A program made the position numbers and the translations under genes. Under the pieces are notes generated by a model. The model did no database searches. It saw only the letters and a program-made list of their open reading frames with translations, and was not told where the DNA came from. A stretch of 63,437 nucleotides of DNA from assembly GCA_013287775.1 (NCBI GenBank), contig JABDDE010000005.1:1-63437 (forward strand), read 5' to 3'. Source of the DNA: Chlamydiota bacterium. Lineage in GTDB: Bacteria > Chlamydiota > Chlamydiia > Chlamydiales > FEN-1388. Shown here one piece after another: positions 9,148 to 17,498 of this stretch; position 1 is the first letter of the stretch, and every line of letters starts with the position of its first letter.

Positions 9148-10629
9148 CTACTGCCCTGCAGGGGCAGTAGTATGCTGGTGTCGATACTGCTTAATAAGAT
9201 CGAGCTTAATGTGATACAGCCTCTCTTCCATCATCACAGGGTAGCTGTGGGGGTTCAAGAACCGCTTGATGCCCACAGGAAATGCCTGGAGCTGTGTTTT
9301 GGCAACTTCTCGAATTTCTTGCAGGCCAGGCAGTGTATACACACACGCTCCCTTCCGAAAAATAGGCTGCAGAAGATCCTGATAGGTGCATCCACCATCA
9401 AAGCTCACCTGCTTGGTTGGATCAAACTGATCCACAGCAAGGACTTTCGTGCCCACACCAATTTCTCGATCATAAATCACGTCGCCAATAGGGACCCCAT
9501 CTCGAATAAACCTGCGCACTTGGTGCAGGCCTGGATTAGATATTTTGGCAAGCTGCTCTGAGAGCTTCAGGATATAGCGCCACCTGCCCTGCTCACCTTG
9601 AATTGCTGATAACTTGTATACACCATCGAGGGCGCCCTGATCTTTTCCTGTAACTAAGTTTGTACCCACTCCCCACGCAGAAATCTTAGCACCTTGCCTT
9701 TTAAGCTCTGAGATAAGCGTCTCATCAAGCTCGTTACTGGCCACAATACGCACATCCGATAAGCCTGCGGCATCAAGAAGCTTGCGACTCTCACGACTCA
9801 GCTCTGCCAAATCCCCAGAGTCAAGACGTATCCCCGTTACTTTCTTGCCTTGGCTTTGAAGCTCTTTTGCAACCACTATTGCCTTCTTTACCCCGTCAAT
9901 CGTGTGGTAAGTATCCACAAGAAAAACAATGGAGTCTGGCATAACGTCGGCGTATGCAGCAAATGCCTCTTGCTCTTGCTCAAAGGCCATCACCCAGCTA
10001 TGCGCCTGCGTGCCTTGTACAGGAATTCCATACAGCTTGCCTGCAAGCACATTAGAAGTCGAGCTACAGCCCCCAACAAACGCGGCCCTGGATGCCGTGA
10101 GCGCCCCATCAATGCCTTGTGCGCGGCGCATCCCAAATTCCATCACAGGATCCCCTGCGGCGGCAGTCACCACACGCGCAGCTTTGGTTGCAATGAGCGT
10201 GGGAAAATTAATGAGGTTTAAAAGAGGGCTCTCGAGAAGCTGGCACTGCATGAGCGGTCCTTCAACCCGTACTAAGGGCTCATAGGGAAAGACTACCGAT
10301 CCTTCTGGGACAGCATCGACATCCACCGTCAGCTTAAGATTCGACAGCATATCTAAAAAGGCTCTCCCAAAATAACGCTCACCATTAGAATGAGTCAGAG
10401 AGTCCAGATAGGCAAGATCACTCGAATCAAAATGAAAATGCTCGACGAAGTGCACCACCTGCTCAAGGCCGCAAGCAATGGTAAAACCCCCTTTAAAGGG
10501 GGGCCTTCGAAAAAAAAGATGAAATACAGCACGTCTCTCTGCGAGTGATTTCTTCCAGTAGGCATATGCCATGGTCAGCTGATAAAAATCCGTCAAGAGC
10601 GCAAGATGTTCGTATCTATTCTGCAACAC
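9148..10629 (-). CDS. pncB: Nicotinate phosphoribosyltransferase
   Basis: LLTDFYQLTM, EFGMRRAQG, GTQAHSW, IRLDSGD, VYKL. Confidence 0.95.
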   Translation of the reverse strand: MLQNRYEHLALLTDFYQLTMAYAYWKKSLAERRAVFHLFFRRPPFKGGFTIACGLEQVVHFVEHFHFDSSDLAYLDSLTHSNGERYFGRAFLDMLSNLKLTVDVDAVPEGSVVFPYEPLVRVEGPLMQCQLLESPLLNLINFPTLIATKAARVVTAAAGDPVMEFGMRRAQGIDGALTASRAAFVGGCSSTSNVLAGKLYGIPVQGTQAHSWVMAFEQEQEAFAAYADVMPDSIVFLVDTYHTIDGVKKAIVVAKELQSQGKKVTGIRLDSGDLAELSRESRKLLDAAGLSDVRIVASNELDETLISELKRQGAKISAWGVGTNLVTGKDQGALDGVYKLSAIQGEQGRWRYILKLSEQLAKISNPGLHQVRRFIRDGVPIGDVIYDREIGVGTKVLAVDQFDPTKQVSFDGGCTYQDLLQPIFRKGACVYTLPGLQEIREVAKTQLQAFPVGIKRFLNPHSYPVMMEERLYHIKLDLIKQYRHQHTTAPAGQ

Positions 10630-10952
10630 TATTTTGTTGTTTTCCCTTTTATTTTCTGGAGAGCATCAAGCTGGGCATTGACCTGATCAAGCTGCGCTTG
10701 CATAAACTTTATCTCCCGCACCCTTCGCTGATACCCCATCCAATCTGAAAACATAATGCGATCTGCATCTGACTGTGCAAAAAACAGACGGCTCTCAAGC
10801 TGCTTTTTTTGCTCCTGAAGTGTAGCAATCTGACTATCTATAGACTGCCTCGATTCCTTAACAGGAGTATTCTCGAGAGCTGCCAAATGCATGGGCAGCG
10901 TAGTTGCCATAGCAGCAACTATAGCACATAAAACATATCTTTGTAATGACAT
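10629..10952 (-). CDS. Small exported coiled-coil protein
   Basis: Signal peptide and heptad pattern; abuts pncB. Confidence 0.65.
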   Translation of the reverse strand: MSLQRYVLCAIVAAMATTLPMHLAALENTPVKESRQSIDSQIATLQEQKKQLESRLFFAQSDADRIMFSDWMGYQRRVREIKFMQAQLDQVNAQLDALQKIKGKTTK

Positions 10953-11005
10953 ATCTGATTCCTATAATTACGCAATATGCGACTTTTTGCTGTAGTTGCC
11001 CTTTG

Positions 11006-11168
11006 GAGGTACTTGCAAAATTCCGATTTGGGCCAAAATTCGCGCTTTTGTCGCTGGAGAAAATCTTTTCCAAATCGCCTACTCGATGGAGTATGTCGAT
11101 TTGGAAAAGGTTTTCCCCATCGCCAAAATCATCAAATTTTGTCTCCAACGGAATTTTGCAAGCACCTC
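11006..11168. mobile_element. 163-bp MITE, copy 1
   Basis: TIR GAGGT(A/G)CTTGCAAAATTCCG; close copy at 48048-48211. Confidence 0.85.
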
Positions 11169-11287
11169 TTTGGACAAAGAAAAGGCAATCCGAACAGCTC
11201 GTAAGTTGCACATCGCGTTAAATGTATTGGCACTATGTGCGCTATTTTCGTCATGTGCCATTTTCCAAAGGAAAATGGCACATGACA

Positions 11288-12379
11288 TTATAATTTAGCG
11301 ATCTTTCCCATAAGCCATGCATCGGCACAAACAAGGCCGCACATGGCCGCACACACCGGCACTGCCCTCACAGCCACGCAAGGGTCATGACGCGACATCT
11401 CCCCCAAGCAAAAAGCTGTGGGATTGCCATGTATATCCACTGTCGGCTGTGTTTTCTGAATACTTGACGCAGGCTTAAAGTGAGTGCGTAGTACAAGCGG
11501 CGCTCCTGTGGTAATCCCCCCTAAAAGCCCGCCTGCATGGTTTGTGTGTACACACACCTTTTCCTTCTCTATACAGAAAAGATCATTATGTGTGGAGCCC
11601 TTTTTTACAGCTGCACCGTAGCCGTCGCCTATTTCAAAACCTTTCGAGGCTGGCAAACTCATCATAGCTGCTGCAAGCTTTGCTTCGAGCTTTTCATATA
11701 CCGGATCACCAAGACCAGCAGGCAAGTGCAAGACGAGACACTCTACAACACCGCCAATAGAGTCCCCCTCTTGTTTTACCGCTTGTATACGCGTTTTCAT
11801 TTGCTCCTCAGCCTCTTTCTCAGGGCAAAAAAGTGGGCTTGCACATATGGCTGCCTCAAACACATCAATATCTTCAATATTCGGATTAATTGAGTACTCA
11901 CCTACTGCTTTGAGATAGCTTATAATCCGCACTCCTGCAAGGCTTAAGAGCTTTTCTGCTACTGCCCCAGCGGCCACTCTGCAGGCTGTTTCCCTTGCCG
12001 ATGCTCTGCCTCCTCCTCGATAGTCAAAAATACCATATTTCGCAAGATAGGTAAAGTTGGCATGCCCAGGTCTGAGTACCTCCTTACAGCTCTCATAGGC
12101 TGCTGTATTGGCATCAGTATTTTGTATGTGCAAAGCAATAGGGGCACCCGTGGTCTTGCCTTCAAATACCCCAGAGAGTATCGCTACCCTATCTTTTTCC
12201 TGCCTTTCGCTCACTTGGTAAGACCTGCCAGGAATTCGTAAATCCAGTTTTTTCTGAATATCCATCTCTGTGAGGGCAAGTCCCGCAGGACAACCATCAA
12301 TCACACACCCTATTGCAGGCCCATGTGATTCCCCCCATGTGGTCACTCGAAAGAGAGTGCCAAAACTATTACTTCCCAT
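11288..12379 (-). CDS. aroC: Chorismate synthase
   Basis: TTWGESHG, RPGHA, RGGGRASARETA, RHDPC. Confidence 0.96.
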   Translation of the reverse strand: MGSNSFGTLFRVTTWGESHGPAIGCVIDGCPAGLALTEMDIQKKLDLRIPGRSYQVSERQEKDRVAILSGVFEGKTTGAPIALHIQNTDANTAAYESCKEVLRPGHANFTYLAKYGIFDYRGGGRASARETACRVAAGAVAEKLLSLAGVRIISYLKAVGEYSINPNIEDIDVFEAAICASPLFCPEKEAEEQMKTRIQAVKQEGDSIGGVVECLVLHLPAGLGDPVYEKLEAKLAAAMMSLPASKGFEIGDGYGAAVKKGSTHNDLFCIEKEKVCVHTNHAGGLLGGITTGAPLVLRTHFKPASSIQKTQPTVDIHGNPTAFCLGEMSRHDPCVAVRAVPVCAAMCGLVCADAWLMGKIAKL

Positions 12380-12384
12380 AAATT

Positions 12385-12882
12385 TTATGTCATGTGTGGG
12401 TTTTCCTTCGGAAAATCCACACATGACGGAATTGTTATACACGCTAACTTTTCAAAGATGGCATGTCTCTTGTTATAAACTTGTTCCAGATGTGCCTCGG
12501 GATCTCCTGAGTTCAAGTATGCAGGCAATTCTACTGCTTGTTTCAATCGCTGCCTAAAAAAAGCATAAGACGCATACAGGTAAAATAAAACACCGCTCTG
12601 TATAACCACCTGCTGTGACTCTGTGCTTTCCAATGAACCTCCACCTAAGGCAACGATGGTGTGAGAGTACTTCGAAAGCTGCAATACCGTGAGTGCTTCA
12701 AGCCTTCGAAATTCTGCAAGCCCAAGCTCTTTGCATAGCGCCCGGACACTGTCATATTGTGATCCATACTGCTCTAAAATGACAGCATCAACATCAAAGA
12801 AAGGACACTGTAAATAGCGAGCAAGCTCCTTGCCAAATGTCGTCTTCCCCACGCCTTGGAGGCCCCCTATATAAATATTCAT
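12385..12882 (-). CDS. aroK: Shikimate kinase
   Basis: GLQGVGKTT, FRRLE, ALGGG. Confidence 0.9.
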   Translation of the reverse strand: MNIYIGGLQGVGKTTFGKELARYLQCPFFDVDAVILEQYGSQYDSVRALCKELGLAEFRRLEALTVLQLSKYSHTIVALGGGSLESTESQQVVIQSGVLFYLYASYAFFRQRLKQAVELPAYLNSGDPEAHLEQVYNKRHAIFEKLACITIPSCVDFPKENPHMT

Positions 12883-14141
12883 AGCAATTGAGCGAGCGAG
12901 CCAAAAAAATCCGGAAAGCTTTTTTGTATGCAGGCAATATCTGTAAGTGTTGAAGGGCCTTGTGCACACAGTGCCGCCACACTCAGTGCAAGCGCTATGC
13001 GATGATCGCCGTGAGAGGAAAGATCGGCTCCGTGTAGCTCTGTGGAGGTAATGATCAAACCATCTTCGCTCTCCTCGATATTGGCTCCCATTTTTGTAAG
13101 CTCTTGAGTTATCGCATGCAGTCGATCTGACTCTTTATCACGAGCAATACGAGCACCTGTAATATGCGTCTTGCCTGTGGCAAAACAGCCAACTACAGCG
13201 ACAATAGTAATCATGTCAATACAATCATTAATATCGATATGCGCTCCACATAGTCTCTGCGGCCCTTTTACAAAAAGTTTTTTCGCTTCATGATCAATTG
13301 TGAAGGATGCCCCCATTTTTTGTAAAATGAGAAGAAATACAGCATCGGGCTGCCCGTCAGCAAGATCCACATCTTCGATACAAACATCTGTTGGTAAAAG
13401 GAGTGCTGCTACAAGAAAATAGGCAAGCGAGCTCATATCACCATGAACCCTATAGTGAAAAGGCATAAAATGTTTTTTTCCATGCACACGAAACGTACTA
13501 TAAGCATCATGTTCAATGGTAACACCTTGTTGTTGCAGCCAATGCATTGTGAGGGCAATCCATGACTTTTCCCCTGCATTTTGTACATGGATCTCCGATA
13601 TTCCATCGAGCAGGGACGTAGCAATAAGACACCCTGAGACGGGCTGTGAATCAGCCCCGTCAATGTGCACGCGCCCTGGACGAATGGGGCCGAGAATGGT
13701 GAGTGGTACATGAGATGCATTCGATGTTACTTTGGCTCCAAGCTGCTCTAACCCTCTTATCAAAGCACTGCAAGAGCGGCGTGCCATCATTGAGGCATCC
13801 CCAGTAATGGTTACTTGCTCACCAAAAAGCCCCAAGACAGCGCCTACAAAGCGAAGCACAATACCTGAATTGCCAGCATCAATTGCATGAGAAGTAAGTG
13901 TGCGCCTCATGCCTACACCCCTAATCGCATAGCCGCCAGTGCAAGGCTCTATATGGGCACCAAGGGCCCTACAAGCTGTGAGCATTGCATCTGTATCGGG
14001 CGAAGGTAGCGGGTTATAGACGTGCGATAGCCCATCTGCCAGGGCGGCAAAAAGGCATGCACGCATGGTCTGCGATTTTGACGGAGGGAGCCTAACAGTG
14101 CCTTGTAATGCTTTTGTGGGATGTATAGTGATAGTAGTCAT
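12879..14141 (-). CDS. aroA: EPSP synthase
   Basis: PPSKS, GNSG, KESDRL, HGDHRIA. Confidence 0.95.
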   Translation of the reverse strand: MTTITIHPTKALQGTVRLPPSKSQTMRACLFAALADGLSHVYNPLPSPDTDAMLTACRALGAHIEPCTGGYAIRGVGMRRTLTSHAIDAGNSGIVLRFVGAVLGLFGEQVTITGDASMMARRSCSALIRGLEQLGAKVTSNASHVPLTILGPIRPGRVHIDGADSQPVSGCLIATSLLDGISEIHVQNAGEKSWIALTMHWLQQQGVTIEHDAYSTFRVHGKKHFMPFHYRVHGDMSSLAYFLVAALLLPTDVCIEDVDLADGQPDAVFLLILQKMGASFTIDHEAKKLFVKGPQRLCGAHIDINDCIDMITIVAVVGCFATGKTHITGARIARDKESDRLHAITQELTKMGANIEESEDGLIITSTELHGADLSSHGDHRIALALSVAALCAQGPSTLTDIACIQKSFPDFFGSLAQLL

Positions 14142-14238
14142 GGGATCCACTTATACCAGATGGCAGGGATAAATGGAACGACATATGCCATTTTCCTGAT
14201 GGAAAATGACATATGTCGAAAATGAATATAAAGGAGTG

Positions 14239-14877
14239 TTAGCTTATTGAAGAAGAGGTCGCAGATGACGAGGAAGACAGATCGGAAAGAGTTGCCGCTG
14301 CTGTAAGAGAATATGGTTGGTCTTGAGGTGAGTCAGGCGAAGAATTCTCAGGAACAGAAGACTCCTCATGAATATAAAAAGGCGTTATCCATTTTTCAAA
14401 GGTATAGGTTTGATTACGACCAAAATCAAAGTGAACTCGCCTTCTTCCCTCTTCCATTGGAGCTACGGGTGACGACAGCTCTTCAGGTGATGGCAGCTGA
14501 GGTATGTTTCTGCTCTTTGATTCATCAGATAATGGATGAGGCGTTACGGGCTCCATTACAAATCTCATAGTCCTATTCAAAGGTATCGAAATAGGCGGCA
14601 CAGTATGACCAGAGCGTAATCGTACTAGTGATGGTAATATAATCGGCGGTGGCGTTGGCGGTTCTTGTGATGATGCCGCTATCGGTGTTCGAGGTGTTAT
14701 AGGTTCAGGCCTTTGTCTTAGACACTCAGGTACTGGCATCGAAATAGGCGGTAAAGCAATACCAGACGCTAATATAGTCGGCGGTGGCAACGGTAATTCT
14801 GGTGGTGGTACTGATATTGGTGGCAATACTATTGGCGAATAGGACGCCTGATTGCCTATTGTATTATTGAACGACAT
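14239..14877 (-). CDS. Pro/Ser-rich orphan protein with RVxF motif
   Basis: AAGGAGG RBS; PPIS repeats; RRRVHF. Confidence 0.7.
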   Translation of the reverse strand: MSFNNTIGNQASYSPIVLPPISVPPPELPLPPPTILASGIALPPISMPVPECLRQRPEPITPRTPIAASSQEPPTPPPIILPSLVRLRSGHTVPPISIPLNRTMRFVMEPVTPHPLSDESKSRNIPQLPSPEELSSPVAPMEEGRRRVHFDFGRNQTYTFEKWITPFYIHEESSVPENSSPDSPQDQPYSLTAAATLSDLSSSSSATSSSIS

Positions 14878-15034
14878 GTTTTTTATCCTCCTTATTAAAA
14901 TTAATTATATAACACCGATTGTACCATCTTTAAGAAAAAATTGCAATTGAAAAATATTCCATTATCATTACTTTTCTCTTCTGCATATTTAAATAAAAAA
15001 TTTTAAATTGTATAATGAAGGGTGAGGGAATGTC

Positions 15035-16579
15035 ATGACTGAAGCACCTAGTCCTCTAGTAACAACTACACAAATATCGACGCCTCTCTTCTCTTTACGG
15101 AGTAGAAGAGGTCGCGCTGCCCCTATTTCTCTTCCTACTGCGCAAACACCACATGGGCCCTCCTCACCCATAACACAAACCGCAAGAGCGATAAATTCTC
15201 TATTTGTTGAGAACTATTTTTCCTCTCAACAAACACCTTTGCCACCGTCACCACCTCCTCTTTACATCACCCAGAATTACCTCTTAAATGGAGTTCCAGC
15301 GCATCTCCGTGAAGATATCAAAAGAAATGTATGTGAGCTATTAGCAGCAAATCCAGCATGGCTTGATACCTTTATCAACCGCCTTCCCAGTACGTCCATA
15401 ACACTGATCCAAGAAGCACTCACTGGGTCTTCTCATTCCGAGCACACAATGATAGGGCGGCTCTTTCAGGCCATCTTTCCTTACGATAGCTCTGGACTGC
15501 CTCTCACCGCCTTACGCACCGCAAGAGCCATTGAACGAGCAATACGCACAAACAATCTCGCCATTTCCAGCCTCTTATTGCGTCCTTCAGAAACAGGTGC
15601 GCAACATGAAGTGCGAATAATCGGCAGGCACATCTACATCTTCCCTCAGAGGAACACGGCGAACATTATAGGAGAGGGAGCATCCAAGGAAGCAACAATG
15701 AGTTTGCGTATTACCCTACCTGAATCAGCAGAACAAAGTCTCACTCCCCATGCTAGAGTAACACTTACTGCGTATGGTGCTATTGAGAGTACCCAAAGAG
15801 AAATCAGAATACTCGAAGAGCTCCATGCACGCCATGTACCTCACATTATCGAGCCACCTGAACTTGTAGTAAGCAGACAAACAGAGTGTAATTTACCCTC
15901 AGGCACTATCAGTCTACCATGGCTGCAACTTGTAACCGAGCGGGCAACACCGTTGAACCGATTTATTCATTCTGAGGGAAATACGCCAGCACAACAAGTA
16001 CGTATATTTAGAGAGTCGTTGACAGGCCTTGCTGCAATACATAATGCAGGATACATTCATAGAGATATAAAACCTGCAAATATGTTGTGCTATGAAGATG
16101 CAAGCACTCGATTTGCAGACTTTGGTTGTGCTGAAGTAGTGACCAATAGCCATCCCTTAAGAGTATACGCAACACCTGCCTATACTTCACCTGAAGTACT
16201 CACACTTATGAGACAGCAACATCCAACACAAGATGCTATAATGGCTCAAGCAGCGGATGTCTGGGCATTAGGGCTGACACTCTATCAAACAGTTATTGGA
16301 AACGCGCCATCATGGATGTCCACTATGGCACTACTAGCAAGAAACTGGCATGAAAATCATAGTAACATACCAACGCAAGACATTTGTAACCAGCTTCTAG
16401 AAGACATAAACACCACCCGCAGAGCACTTGTAGCTGGAGAAAGTTTCAGTAATGCAAGTGCGGAAGCACAAAATTTGCGCCTGCAACTCCACTTCATGCT
16501 TGATCCAGACCCACAAACACGTATGACAGCCCGCCAAGCGCAAGAAAACTTTTCCATCTTTTTCCCTCAATCATCGTAA
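15035..16579 (+). CDS. Eukaryote-like Ser/Thr protein kinase, putative effector
   Basis: IGEGASK, IHRDIKPANM, DFG, TPAYTSPE, DVWALG; S/T/P-rich N-terminus. Confidence 0.88.
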   Translation: MTEAPSPLVTTTQISTPLFSLRSRRGRAAPISLPTAQTPHGPSSPITQTARAINSLFVENYFSSQQTPLPPSPPPLYITQNYLLNGVPAHLREDIKRNVCELLAANPAWLDTFINRLPSTSITLIQEALTGSSHSEHTMIGRLFQAIFPYDSSGLPLTALRTARAIERAIRTNNLAISSLLLRPSETGAQHEVRIIGRHIYIFPQRNTANIIGEGASKEATMSLRITLPESAEQSLTPHARVTLTAYGAIESTQREIRILEELHARHVPHIIEPPELVVSRQTECNLPSGTISLPWLQLVTERATPLNRFIHSEGNTPAQQVRIFRESLTGLAAIHNAGYIHRDIKPANMLCYEDASTRFADFGCAEVVTNSHPLRVYATPAYTSPEVLTLMRQQHPTQDAIMAQAADVWALGLTLYQTVIGNAPSWMSTMALLARNWHENHSNIPTQDICNQLLEDINTTRRALVAGESFSNASAEAQNLRLQLHFMLDPDPQTRMTARQAQENFSIFFPQSS

Positions 16580-16608
16580 GCGGAGCGTCATGTGCGTGCC
16601 CGAGTCCG

Positions 16609-17348
16609 CATATGCATCAGGCTAAGGATGTTAGTATGACAAACGTTATAGCTAGTGCAAGCCCTGGTTGCTTTTTTTTACAGGGAGAGCCACAGGAGAG
16701 AGCTTACAGAGAGAGCTTGTCAGAGGCGTGTAGGGTGCTTGTGGTGTTGGTGGTTATGGCCTGGGCTCTTTTTTTTACAGAGCTCCTCAATACCTGTAAA
16801 TAAGTGTGGCTCAGGGGACATGCTATTACACGCAAGTCAAAAAAGTGCCCTGAAGCTGCTTTCAGGATGCTATTTTAGATAGATAGTGCCACGGCTTGGT
16901 GACAAAGAGAATGGAGAGTTTAGAGGAGAATAAGAGTGGACGCAGGATCTTACGGTATGGAAAATTACAAGTATTGGGAACTTTTTTTAAGAGGGAGATC
17001 ACAGAGATGCAGAGAAAGATCCGGGTTGTTCGATGCATTTTTCTGCTGAAAGCAGAAAAGTCCAGACATATAAAAATAGACTGAAAAATTAATTTGTCAG
17101 TCTATTTTTATATGTCTGGACTTCAACGAGCGTACGCTCGTTGAAAATGCATCTTTGGTGCTTCGTATAAGCCAATACAGGTCTCGTAGCTCTCTCTAAT
17201 CTCCCTATTGTCCAGACCGTAAACACCAACGCGCCTAATCACCCCACACGCCTCTGACAAGCTCTCTCTGTAAGCCCTCTCTTGCAGCTCTCCCTGTTAA
17301 AAATGTGACGAAGCCTGTGAGAGCTATGGTCTTAGCCTGGCGCATATG
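16609..17348. mobile_element. 740-bp non-autonomous IS4-like element
   Basis: TIR CATATGCATCAGGCTAAG / CTTAGCCTGGCGCATATG; 9-bp flanks CCGAGTCCG / CCAAGCCCG; internal inverted repeats. Confidence 0.65.
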
Positions 17349-17380
17349 CCAAGCCCGAGCCTGTGCAATGAGATAAATTT

Positions 17381-17440
17381 TTTGCAGGATTTTGCAGGAT
17401 TTTGCAGGATTTTGCAGGATTTTGCAGGATTTTGTAGGAA
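17381..17440. repeat. 10-bp tandem repeat upstream of mutS
   Basis: TTTGCAGGAT x5 plus degenerate TTTGTAGGAA. Confidence 0.95.
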
Positions 17441-17498
17441 AAGGCAGAGCAACAATCTGGCAGCGATTAAAATAACAAATCTGGCACAATAGTTACCT

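Noticed and set aside
10858-11298. Several overlapping short ORFs
   Set aside because: They lie on a MITE and a hairpin; the same spurious peptides appear at 48.0-48.2 kb
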